Shown here: positions 17,591-25,559 of the stretch, in pieces | Layout: each line of letters opens with the position of its first letter | How positions within the stretch are numbered: the first letter of the stretch is position 1 | From: Escherichia phage Ecwhy_1 | Length of the DNA stretch: 64,000 bases | Reading direction: 5' to 3' (one strand) | Sequence record: MH791411.1 | The notes under the pieces: model-generated | The model's database searches: none | What the model was told of the DNA's origin: nothing | Seen by the model: only the letters and a program-made list of their open reading frames with translations | Position numbers and translations under genes: made by a program

Positions 17591-17650
17591 CGTTTTAATC
17601 TCTCTTAATGTGTAGCGGGAAGTGTTCCCGCTCTCGATGTAAAACATTAT
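17591..17650 (-). promoter_or_regulatory. PeSL-like cassette
   Basis: promoter + GCGGGAACACTTCCCGC hairpin. Confidence 0.6.
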
Positions 17651-17702
17651 ACGCTTTTATCAGTACGGTGCAAGTACTTTCTACAAATACTTTTAAAATA
17701 GT

Positions 17703-17795
17703 TTTCTTTCTATATAGGAGTACTATTATTCAGTACTGCAATCATCCAGGGGAACTATCTTTCTATATAGGAGTACTATTATTCAGTACTGAATC
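17703..17795. repeat. two tandem copies of a ~33-bp direct repeat
   Basis: CTTTCTATATAGGAGTACTATTATTCAGTACTG repeated with ~53-bp period. Confidence 0.7.
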
Positions 17796-17953
17796 AATCC
17801 ACTAAATCATCCCTATACCCCGTAAAACGTCCTCAGACGCATTCTAACGCATTAATACACATAAGCTATACATTTGCACCATTCCAATCATTCCAGGGCT
17901 TTACAGGCCGTTTAAACGCGTTAAATTATTTTCAATTATTTTGTTTTTAGGTA

Positions 17954-18025
17954 TTGACTTGATCCTGAAAAAGCGTATAATTACTACATAGACGCGAGAA
18001 AGCGGATACCCCAGGGGGTGGGAAG
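17954..18025 (+). promoter_or_regulatory. plus-strand sigma70-type promoter
   Basis: TTGACT-N16/17-TATAAT. Confidence 0.5.
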
Positions 18026-18169
18026 ATCCGTCCAAAATTCAAGATATAAAAAAAGGATACACTCCCGCACCCTAGCAGGTAAACGCACTTTCTCAGTACT
18101 GAAATATAGTACCATAGTCCGGCCCAGGATAGCAAGCAAATTAATTAAAACTTTTTTGCTTCCAGGGTA

Positions 18170-18237
18170 TTGCTTTATTTTTCCAGTACTGTATAATAGT
18201 TCCATCAAGTCGAGAAAGACTCAAGCCCACCGGGTGC
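18170..18237 (+). promoter_or_regulatory. plus-strand sigma70-type promoter + conserved box
   Basis: TTGCTT-N16-TATAAT, GCCCACCGGGTGC box downstream. Confidence 0.5.
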
Positions 18238-18294
18238 ATAGTTACGCCCAAAATTCAGTACTGAAAAAATTTTTAAAAATATCCGGCCAGGCCG

Positions 18295-18323
18295 TTGACA
18301 TTGCCCCCAGTTTATAAGATAAT
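18295..18323 (+). promoter_or_regulatory. plus-strand sigma70-type promoter
   Basis: TTGACA-N17-GATAAT. Confidence 0.45.
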
Positions 18324-18420
18324 GATTCCAGATTCAGAAAAATCTAACACCAGATACTGCGGGGAAACTATCCCCACGCGGTAGGGGAACTATTGGAAAA
18401 AACAAAATAAAATTTTGATT

Positions 18421-18612
18421 TAGCCGTCTATACTTCCAGACGTGTAACCATCTAGCCGTTTAGCCGTCCAAACGTCTAGCCATCCAGCCATCCAGAAATC
18501 TAGCCGTTTAGCCGTCTAGATGGATAGCCATCTTTACTTCCAGACTTCTGGAGGGCTAGACATATCTACGCCCAAAATCCATCCAGGGTAACTACGCCCA
18601 AAATCCGTCAGT
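18421..18612. repeat. iteron-like array of interleaved short direct repeats
   Basis: TAGCCGT x5, CCATCCAG x3, CTACGCCCAAAATCC x2, ACTTCCAGAC x2; locally GC-richer. Confidence 0.65.
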
Positions 18613-19629
18613 ACTATACCATAGATCTATCTTTTGAAAGGGAGTATTCAGTACTGCCATCATAGCCCTCACTATGTTACCCTAGGAGGATGAAGACCAT
18701 CATGTAGTACTGAATACTGTTAGAGGGAATCCACCAGCTTGTGCTGGTGGCATAATGCTTTAGATTAAAATCAGTACTGACACCATTCTGTTAATATCAG
18801 TACTGTTATTACGATTTTCATATGAGGTTCAAAAAGATGTACCACCACAGGAGGAACTATCTTTTCTGTACTGTCTCACGACAGGAGGTAGAGTAAATGA
18901 ATTGTTCGCAGCAACTCATCACCCTATGTAGAACATTATACAGTACTGAATCATAAAGTCAATAACTTTCTTTCATCTTTCAGTACTGATATTCTTGAGA
19001 ACTACCCGACTACAAACATCATTATATCCCACAAATCATAAACGTCCCAACGTAAATTTCAACTTTCGAAGATCCAACTTTTATTTCATAGGTACTCCAA
19101 AATTTTTAGGATCGAGATTTAGGATGGAGTACTAACCAACTTTTTGCTGGAGCCTCAAGGGGTAATGGAATTTTACCCCGAAGGGTAAAGGGGTAATTGA
19201 AATTAAGGTGAAAGTAATAATTCAGTACTAATCATTGCGTGATTACTTTTGATTACATTTGATGTAATTTGCAAAATGGAAAAGGAGCTTGGAAACTACA
19301 AAGTACGGCAGACTTCCTCTGCCTACTTAGTGGGATATCGCCACCTTCAGTACTGAATACTTTTAGGGCAGTACTGAATCCTTCCCTAGCATTCTTGAGT
19401 AATCTTGTCTATAATAATCAGTACTGAATCATATATAATCATTCTGTGATTCTACGGTGCTCATATAAATGTTTATATATGATTACTTATGACTACATAT
19501 GATTACGGGGTTTAGCCTGGGGAGAATCCTAGTGATCGCATTTGTCCAGGCTGAATTTTAACAATTCTTCTAATTGTTAAAGCCTGTCCAATGCTTTCCC
19601 TGCGGAGCTTCCCCTGTCTATATGTTGAA

Positions 19630-19836
19630 TTACTTCCTATATATAAGCATTAACATATAGTAGTACTGATTATGCTGTACATTCTCTTTAATATTATAAG
19701 GGTCTATAGCAATCTCGGTACATCTGTTAAATGCATATCTATTAAATGCCAGTACTATTATAGATCTAATCCATGCTTGGTCAGTCGGTGGTAGTTTACT
19801 TATATAGTACTCTTTATAGTTTTTTATGTTCTGCAT
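19630..19836 (-). CDS. small paralog family member (68 aa)
   Basis: family: N-term M-N-x-K-E-(F/Y)-Y, C-term hydrophobic ..LIYR-like. Confidence 0.6.
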   Translation of the reverse strand: MQNIKNYKEYYISKLPPTDQAWIRSIIVLAFNRYAFNRCTEIAIDPYNIKENVQHNQYYYMLMLIYRK

Positions 19837-19847
19837 AGTATACCTTA

Positions 19848-20039
19848 TTATTTCAAAGTACCATATAGTACTCTTAATAGGAAGTAGTACGTATTAGAGA
19901 TATCATTAGTAGTTAAAACAATCTTTGTACACATATTAAATTCGTATTGAGTCATTGCCAGGGGGATTAAATTGTTAACCCATGCTTGTTCGTTTTCTTT
20001 TAGTTTACTTATATAGAAATCTTTATGTTCTTTATTCAT
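19848..20039 (-). CDS. small paralog family member (63 aa)
   Basis: MNKEHKDFY..; tightly packed with neighbours. Confidence 0.6.
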   Translation of the reverse strand: MNKEHKDFYISKLKENEQAWVNNLIPLAMTQYEFNMCTKIVLTTNDISNTYYFLLRVLYGTLK

Positions 20040-20241
20040 ATAGGAATAGTATACCTATGATGCCGGAGTACATATTAGTACTGTTATTATTGTCGTTTGC
20101 GTTTAAAGTCATTTGAATACAATTATTGTAGCATACTCTGCCGAAATAAGTATCAGTACTTAAAGGTGCTGTAGTCCTTAGAAACATTTGTTCTGTGGGG
20201 CTGAGGTGTTTGGAGTAGAATTCTTTATGTTCTTTATTCAT
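20032..20241 (-). CDS. small paralog family member (69 aa)
   Basis: MNKEHKEFY.. Confidence 0.6.
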   Translation of the reverse strand: MNKEHKEFYSKHLSPTEQMFLRTTAPLSTDTYFGRVCYNNCIQMTLNANDNNNSTNMYSGIIGILFLYE

Positions 20242-20246
20242 ATTAG

Positions 20247-20432
20247 TTAGTGTCTGTATATAAGTAATAGTAAGAATACGTACTGCACCTGTTCATCTTT
20301 AGTATTGAGTACTGTACGTATTGCGTCATGGAACAAGAATATAGTACTTGGGTCATTAGAATTTAAGGGGTTTACGGGGACGGCGTGTTTGTAGTTCCCT
20401 TTAACAAATTGTGTGTAGTATTCTCTATGCAT
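20247..20432 (-). CDS. small paralog family member (61 aa)
   Basis: MHREYYTQF.. Confidence 0.6.
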   Translation of the reverse strand: MHREYYTQFVKGNYKHAVPVNPLNSNDPSTIFLFHDAIRTVLNTKDEQVQYVFLLLLIYRH

Positions 20433-20433
20433 A

Positions 20434-20622
20434 TCAGTACCTATATATTAGGGCGAGAATGTAGTACAGTTTATATGTATTATAATCTGGGTTGATAGCA
20501 CATAGTGTGTGGTAGTGGAATTGTTTGGTATTTTTCTTATCCTTGATATCTATTGGGTTTAGTGGTATAAGCATTTGGGAGTTTAGTTCCAGATGGTTTA
20601 AGTAGAATTCTTTGTTATTCAT
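20434..20622 (-). CDS. small paralog family member (62 aa)
   Basis: MNNKEFYLNHL.. Confidence 0.6.
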   Translation of the reverse strand: MNNKEFYLNHLELNSQMLIPLNPIDIKDKKNTKQFHYHTLCAINPDYNTYKLYYILALIYRY

Positions 20623-20821
20623 AGAAGAATATTAGTCCCATTACGCCTGAGTACTGAATATTTTTGTTATTGTTTTCTAAAGCTTCTAGAGTAATACGTA
20701 TACAATTATTAAAGCAATCTCTGGCGTGTGGTGTATCTAAACTTAAAGGTGATACACTCCTTAGAAACATTTGTTCTGATGCACTGAGGTGTTTGGTGTA
20801 AAATTCTTTCTGTTCGTTCAT
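20615..20821 (-). CDS. small paralog family member (68 aa)
   Basis: MNEQKEFYTKHL.. close paralog of 20032 gene. Confidence 0.6.
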   Translation of the reverse strand: MNEQKEFYTKHLSASEQMFLRSVSPLSLDTPHARDCFNNCIRITLEALENNNKNIQYSGVMGLIFFYE

Positions 20822-20831
20822 ATTGGCCTCT

Positions 20832-21020
20832 TTAGTACACGAAAGCTAGGTACAGGGTATGATACAGTACTCGATGATAGCTATCAAAATCTAGTATACA
20901 TGCTTTAGTGCACATAGTAAAGTACACTTTATCGTTTTGAGCATTGATACCGCGAGGTTTATCTAATAGATTAGTACTGAGGTACATTGGGAAATATTTT
21001 GTGTAGTATTCTTTATGCAT
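20832..21020 (-). CDS. small paralog family member (62 aa)
   Basis: trimmed to MHKEYYTKYF. Confidence 0.55.
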   Translation of the reverse strand: MHKEYYTKYFPMYLSTNLLDKPRGINAQNDKVYFTMCTKACILDFDSYHRVLYHTLYLAFVY

Positions 21021-21021
21021 A

Positions 21022-21210
21022 TTAGTACCTGAATATAAGTAGGATAGTGTTATATAATTGGTCATAGCTACTACTATTTTCTATACTGCGTTCTATGCAA
21101 TTATTGAATCCCAGTACTGCCAAATCGTTATCCAGGGGGACTTTATATCTGGCGTAGTGTTCAAAAATACTGGGGAGAAATTGTGTGTAGTATTCTTTGT
21201 GGTTGTTCAT
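21022..21210 (-). CDS. small paralog family member (62 aa)
   Basis: MNNHKEYYTQF.. Confidence 0.6.
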   Translation of the reverse strand: MNNHKEYYTQFLPSIFEHYARYKVPLDNDLAVLGFNNCIERSIENSSSYDQLYNTILLIFRY

Positions 21211-21211
21211 A

Positions 21212-21403
21212 TTAGTACTTATATATTAGTAAAAGGATGTGATACAGTACTCTATTATAGTCCTCAATATCTATCGAGGATTTAGTGCACTTAATGAAAT
21301 AGTCTTTTTCGTAGTCTTTTTCTATACTCAATTGTTTTGTTGGTACAAGGTGTTGGAGATACATTGGGAGTTTCTCTATGTAGTATTCTTTGTGGTTATT
21401 CAT
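21212..21403 (-). CDS. small paralog family member (63 aa)
   Basis: MNNHKEYYIEKL.. Confidence 0.6.
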   Translation of the reverse strand: MNNHKEYYIEKLPMYLQHLVPTKQLSIEKDYEKDYFIKCTKSSIDIEDYNRVLYHILLLIYKY

Positions 21404-21411
21404 ATTATGTG

Positions 21412-21585
21412 TTATTTCGTGAAAACAAGGGTTAGTACTGCATAGTACAAGTCATACGTATCTTTAGGGTTAATAGCACCTTTAATACATTCTTTCATTA
21501 CTTCATTATAGATAATTTTAGTACTGAATGTATTGGATGTTACTATATCGGAATTAAGGTACGAGAGGTAGAATTCTTTATACAT
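21412..21585 (-). CDS. small paralog family member (57 aa)
   Basis: trimmed to MYKEFYLSYL. Confidence 0.5.
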   Translation of the reverse strand: MYKEFYLSYLNSDIVTSNTFSTKIIYNEVMKECIKGAINPKDTYDLYYAVLTLVFTK

Positions 21586-22237
21586 AGTTTGTAATATACG
21601 TAATGAGGTGATGAAATTTCTTATCAGTACTGATAAGTTCCTGTACATGTTTTGTTAGTTTGTACGCGTTTTTATAGAGTCCTGGATTATCGATTACAGT
21701 ACTGTACATGAATTCTTCTTCCTCGGATAATTCTTTGTGTTCTAGTTCTTTGAGGAATTGCAGTACTGTATCAGTTTCGTTAGTACGTTGCTTTTGGAAG
21801 AAGTGCATGTTATCGTGTATTTTTTCTGAACCCATGCAGTACATATCGCCGATTTGGAATTGTGCAGTACTGATATCATGGGTGCTATTACAATTCCCGA
21901 AGAAGTATACATTCCCGAAAGATAGAATTATAGTGCACGGGATATTATCCATGTGTATATAGATAGATGCATTCTTTAGTGCTTTTGTGCTGGTATTAGT
22001 ACTCAATACTTTTAAATCAGTATTATAGATATTAATAAAAGCAAGAGCTATATTATTTTTCTTCAAGTACGATTTGAGGTTCTTAGATACGAGAACATTT
22101 CTGGATTTTTTCTTTTTATTTCGTTTCTTTAGTACATTTGGGTCGTAAGTATATACTGGTGTAAAAGATTCTGCTTGAATACTGTTGAGGTATTTAAAGT
22201 GCTTAAGGTATTGTTTACTGTGTGCATTAAGTTTCAT
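21578..22237 (-). CDS. hypothetical protein (219 aa) embedded in small-paralog array
   Basis: ORF track; no recognisable motif. Confidence 0.55.
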   Translation of the reverse strand: MKLNAHSKQYLKHFKYLNSIQAESFTPVYTYDPNVLKKRNKKKKSRNVLVSKNLKSYLKKNNIALAFINIYNTDLKVLSTNTSTKALKNASIYIHMDNIPCTIILSFGNVYFFGNCNSTHDISTAQFQIGDMYCMGSEKIHDNMHFFQKQRTNETDTVLQFLKELEHKELSEEEEFMYSTVIDNPGLYKNAYKLTKHVQELISTDKKFHHLITYITNYV

Positions 22238-22248
22238 TTGGTTTTCCT

Positions 22249-22428
22249 TTATACAGATGCGAGAGCGAGGATTTCCCTGAAGGGATTATCTTTTGTTAGT
22301 GCGTGATGAATGCAGCTATTGAGATTAATATTTTTAGTACTGTTAGTTGCCAGGTTGTAGTACTTCACGAAGGTGTCGTACATGAAACGGTCTTTAATGC
22401 TTATGTGTTCTATATAGTATTCTTGCAT
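22249..22428 (-). CDS. small paralog family member (59 aa; below track cutoff)
   Basis: MQEYYIEHISIKDRF..; AAGGA SD; coordinates anchored to neighbouring ORF. Confidence 0.45.
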   Translation of the reverse strand: MQEYYIEHISIKDRFMYDTFVKYYNLATNSTKNINLNSCIHHALTKDNPFREILALASV

Positions 22429-22436
22429 ATTATTCC

Positions 22437-22625
22437 TTACATAGAGATGAGTTTCAGTACATCAATATACATATAACGTTCAGATGACATTACACGGGTA
22501 GTGATAATCTCAATCGATATATTTTTAATTCCATGTGCAGATGATTGATGGTGCTGAATAAATGAGTTGTGCATACTTTGTTCTATGTGGTTTAGTTTAT
22601 TGAAGTAGTACTCAAAAGTGTTCAT
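22437..22625 (-). CDS. small paralog family member (62 aa)
   Basis: MNTFEYYFNKL..YIDVLKLISM. Confidence 0.6.
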   Translation of the reverse strand: MNTFEYYFNKLNHIEQSMHNSFIQHHQSSAHGIKNISIEIITTRVMSSERYMYIDVLKLISM

Positions 22626-22632
22626 GTCTACC

Positions 22633-22812
22633 TTAGATTGAGATTAGTTTAAGTACTTCTCTGTACGTGTACTTTTCGTTTTGTGCTTCTACTGTACATG
22701 ATAGTAGGTATCGTTTTTTATCTCTTTTGTTCCCGACTGTGTAGTACCTTTGGAATTTATTATAGTTGTATCTATCTTTGTGCTGGAGGTTATAGATATA
22801 GAATTCTTGCAT
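22633..22812 (-). CDS. small paralog family member (59 aa; below track cutoff)
   Basis: MQEFYIYNLQHKDRY..YREVLKLISI. Confidence 0.45.
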   Translation of the reverse strand: MQEFYIYNLQHKDRYNYNKFQRYYTVGNKRDKKRYLLSCTVEAQNEKYTYREVLKLISI

Positions 22813-22820
22813 AGAGTACC

Positions 22821-23006
22821 TTATATTGCTATCAGTTTGAGTACTTCAATATATGTGCGGTACTCTGCTTTAATTAAATTTGTACACACTGTAAGGGAAT
22901 TTCTTTGTATAAGTTTATTGCCGCTTTTATACGCATTTCTCCACACATAGAGATGAGATCTTTCAGGCATAGATAGTTTATTTGTATAGTACTCAAATGT
23001 ATTCAT
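22821..23006 (-). CDS. small paralog family member (61 aa)
   Basis: MNTFEYYTNKL..YIEVLKLIAI. Confidence 0.6.
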   Translation of the reverse strand: MNTFEYYTNKLSMPERSHLYVWRNAYKSGNKLIQRNSLTVCTNLIKAEYRTYIEVLKLIAI

Positions 23007-23014
23007 ATATTACC

Positions 23015-23197
23015 TCAAATAGAGATTAGTTTAAGTACTTCTCTGTATGTGTACTTTTCGTTTTGTGCATCTCTTGTGCTTGTATATAGGTATCCTCGAC
23101 GATATTTGTTGCTCCCGTTCTTGTAGTTGAATTCGAACTTATTGTAGATGAATCTATCGCCAGGCTGTAATTTACTTAAGTACAATTCAATGCTCAT
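23015..23197 (-). CDS. small paralog family member (60 aa)
   Basis: trimmed to MSIELYLSKL; ..YREVLKLISI. Confidence 0.55.
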   Translation of the reverse strand: MSIELYLSKLQPGDRFIYNKFEFNYKNGSNKYRRGYLYTSTRDAQNEKYTYREVLKLISI

Positions 23198-23207
23198 AGT
23201 ATTCTCT

Positions 23208-23393
23208 TTACATATCAATAAGTTTCAGTACTGCTCTGTACGTGTACTTAGTTGTTAGTGCTTCTTTTATAGCAATACAGAAGTAATGTTGTTTGTCTCT
23301 TATACTACCGCGTTTGTAGTACCATACATTGGAGTTGTGGGTGTACTTGTCCCTGTCGGATAGATTTAGGTAATAGTATAATATATGATTCAT
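23208..23393 (-). CDS. small paralog family member (61 aa)
   Basis: ..YTYRAVLKLIDM. Confidence 0.6.
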   Translation of the reverse strand: MNHILYYYLNLSDRDKYTHNSNVWYYKRGSIRDKQHYFCIAIKEALTTKYTYRAVLKLIDM

Positions 23394-23602
23394 GGTAATG
23401 TAATTAGCCTTATTATGTTAAAGTACTCGGTCCCTGGTACACCTTGTAGAATATTATCAACTACATTTTCTTGGTGCAGGATTAATACATTCGGTGCGGT
23501 TCTTTTAAGGTTTTTTAAAGTACTGTATTCTTGTTTAAGGATGAACTGTACATCTTTAGGGAGAATATCTAAGTAGTACTGGTGTATGTTCATAGTTTTC
23601 AT
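23390..23602 (-). CDS. small paralog family member (70 aa)
   Basis: MKTMNIHQYY.. Confidence 0.55.
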   Translation of the reverse strand: MKTMNIHQYYLDILPKDVQFILKQEYSTLKNLKRTAPNVLILHQENVVDNILQGVPGTEYFNIIRLITLP

Positions 23603-23613
23603 ATAGTACTCTT

Positions 23614-23799
23614 TTAGAACTTAAAGATGAGGTTCATGATAGATAAGTACTTAGTTTCAGGAAATTGATGTTCTATTGCATAACGTGTCTCCAGTCTGAA
23701 GTCAAATTTATAAAAGGGACTATTCATATCCATAGGTTCATTGGGAAATGAATCTCTGTATTGTTTGTGCAGCTTACTACAGTAGAATTCTTTATACAT
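23614..23799 (-). CDS. small paralog family member (61 aa)
   Basis: MYKEFYCSKL.. Confidence 0.6.
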   Translation of the reverse strand: MYKEFYCSKLHKQYRDSFPNEPMDMNSPFYKFDFRLETRYAIEHQFPETKYLSIMNLIFKF

Positions 23800-23800
23800 A

Positions 23801-24013
23801 TTAGTGCTCGATTAAAAGGGTTAGGATGTAATAGTATTGCATACTTTCTACCCCTTGTACAGCATTTCTTATTTTATTATTCCTGTACGAGTTCAAGAGT
23901 TTAGGACAATGTTTGAAGTTTATATAATTATTTTGTGTATACAGTAGGCTTTCTCGTAGACCTTTTGTTGGTAGTGCATCGATGTAGTACTGTTCAATGT
24001 TCATAGTGTTCAT
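23801..24013 (-). CDS. small paralog family member (70 aa)
   Basis: MNTMNIEQYY.. Confidence 0.6.
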   Translation of the reverse strand: MNTMNIEQYYIDALPTKGLRESLLYTQNNYINFKHCPKLLNSYRNNKIRNAVQGVESMQYYYILTLLIEH

Positions 24014-24237
24014 AGAGCTACCAGTACTAAGATTTTTGATAATTGTTTGTTTCTATCCCCGCAGATGTTGTTGTGTAAAATGCTCACTACAAGGGTATCA
24101 AGTGCATTGTTCAGCATAAGGTTACATCCAGTACTGTTATATTTTTTTAGCTCAATTAGCCACGAACAATCCGCGAGAAATTTCCCGTACTCTAGTTCAT
24201 TTAGCGTATTAATGTAGTACTTAAGTGTAGTTGTCAT
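24010..24237 (-). CDS. small paralog family member (75 aa), first gene of array
   Basis: MTTTLKYYINTL..; AAGGAG SD; early-type promoter upstream. Confidence 0.6.
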   Translation of the reverse strand: MTTTLKYYINTLNELEYGKFLADCSWLIELKKYNSTGCNLMLNNALDTLVVSILHNNICGDRNKQLSKILVLVAL

Positions 24238-24300
24238 GTGTAGTTCTCCTTATATTCCTTCTATAGTACACCAGTACTGAAAGGATGTCAAGGGTTTTGT
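24238..24300 (-). promoter_or_regulatory. early-type promoter of small-paralog array
   Basis: minus strand TTGACA-N17-TACTAT then AAGGAG. Confidence 0.55.
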
Positions 24301-24343
24301 TTATGGGGTATAAATATGATATAATGAATAAAGGAGAAGAAAT
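24301..24343 (+). promoter_or_regulatory. late-type promoter candidate of RCC1-like array
   Basis: TATAAATA (T4 late -10 consensus) ~28 nt before ATG, then AAGGAG. Confidence 0.5.
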
Positions 24344-25492
24344 ATGTTACCTTTTGTTAGAATGTTTGATTATGGGAATGAAGCACCTACCAACTCTGGG
24401 CGTTTTAAAATATATTCCAGTGATTCTATGTATCTTCATGATACTTATACTGACAAGTTGTATGCATCTTCTGCGACGAATTGGGGTACTGGTACAGGTG
24501 TAGCATCGAGTAAATTTATTCTTTGTGCGGAGAATGTTAAACGAGTTCTATTGGAAGATAACAGTAGTGATTGTCAATTGTATGAAGAGAAAGGTACTGG
24601 AAAAGTTTTTATCACTGGTAACACGAAGGCATTCACTGGTGTAACTGATAGAAAAACTTTGTGGACGGACTGTACTACGTGGATAACATCAAGTGGTATT
24701 AATGTTTCTGATATAAAATACATGAGTAGTTTTTATGATATGAAGGTGAATTTGATAACAAACGATGGTACATTGTATTGTTGTGGAGCTAACAATATAT
24801 CGAACATATCATCATTTGGTGATGGCACAAACATTAATTCTTTTAACACATTCAAAAGAGTAGATACTATAACTTCGGTTAAAAAGGCAGTTGGTAACAT
24901 TTATTTGCGAGAAGATAATACTTTATGGGGTTGTGGTTTTAACTATTACTACCAGTTGGGCACGGGTAATCAAACTTCTATTACTGGGGTGACGATGATT
25001 TCTTCGGATGTTATAGATTTTAATGTAAGTTATCAGAGTACATTTTTTATCAAATCGGATAATAATTTGTACGCTTGTGGTAAACAGTTCGGTGCACAAT
25101 ATGGGAACGAATTTGGTACAGGTGGTACTTCTACATCTACAGATATACAATATAAAACTCCCACATTATTGAGTGCAGGTGTTTATAGTTTATATACTTG
25201 TGTTGGTAACATGGCATCACATATAGTTAAAGGTGATGAAGTACTTTATGCATCTGGAAGCAACTCGTCTGGTCAATTAGGTGTTGGTAATAATAATAAT
25301 CAGTACTCCTATACTCCTTCATATACTTCGTTTAATACCTCTTGTAATTTGGTACGCACCCCATCTGGTTCACTTATACTTACTGATACTGGAAAATTAT
25401 ATTATTGTGGCCTTGCAATAGTAGTAATGGGTGGTATTTCTGGACAGAACGTTCTTAATTATACAGAAGTCGATATGTCATTTTTGCAGTAA
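24344..25492 (+). CDS. RCC1-like beta-propeller repeat protein, array member 1
   Basis: N-term MLPFVRMFDYGN; YYYQLGTGN and GQLGVGNN blade motifs. Confidence 0.85.
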   Translation: MLPFVRMFDYGNEAPTNSGRFKIYSSDSMYLHDTYTDKLYASSATNWGTGTGVASSKFILCAENVKRVLLEDNSSDCQLYEEKGTGKVFITGNTKAFTGVTDRKTLWTDCTTWITSSGINVSDIKYMSSFYDMKVNLITNDGTLYCCGANNISNISSFGDGTNINSFNTFKRVDTITSVKKAVGNIYLREDNTLWGCGFNYYYQLGTGNQTSITGVTMISSDVIDFNVSYQSTFFIKSDNNLYACGKQFGAQYGNEFGTGGTSTSTDIQYKTPTLLSAGVYSLYTCVGNMASHIVKGDEVLYASGSNSSGQLGVGNNNNQYSYTPSYTSFNTSCNLVRTPSGSLILTDTGKLYYCGLAIVVMGGISGQNVLNYTEVDMSFLQ

Positions 25493-25559
25493 ATTAATAT
25501 GCCAGTACTTGATACTGGCTTTTTTGATTAAATATAGTATAATGAATAAAGGAGGAAAT
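25493..25559 (+). promoter_or_regulatory. array intergenic cassette: terminator hairpin + TATAAT + AGGAGG
   Basis: GCCAGTAC-TTGA-TACTGGC + T-run, TTGATTAAATATAGTATAAT, AAAGGAGG. Confidence 0.65.

Noticed and set aside
1182-17647. N-terminal extensions MFYIERGKRF, MVLPG.., MTVLKCFST.. on several minus-strand track ORFs
   Set aside because: These codons are the promoter hairpin and leader read in frame; a proper SD + ATG lies downstream, so starts were moved.
17947-18317. ORFs 17947-18135, 17984-18208 (minus) and 18018-18317 (plus) in the ORF-free region
   Set aside because: They overlap one another across promoter and box repeats, lack SD sequences and have low-complexity composition; treated as non-coding.
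17651-19629. tRNA genes, expected near denV/lysozyme in T4
   Set aside because: Scanning by eye for GTTCGAATCC/GTTCAAATCC-type T-arms and matching acceptor stems on either strand found none; a covariance-model scan would settle it.
21058-21962. Plus-strand ORFs 21058-21285, 21239-21445, 21708-21962 inside the small-paralog array
   Set aside because: Antisense to tightly packed family genes and no start signals.
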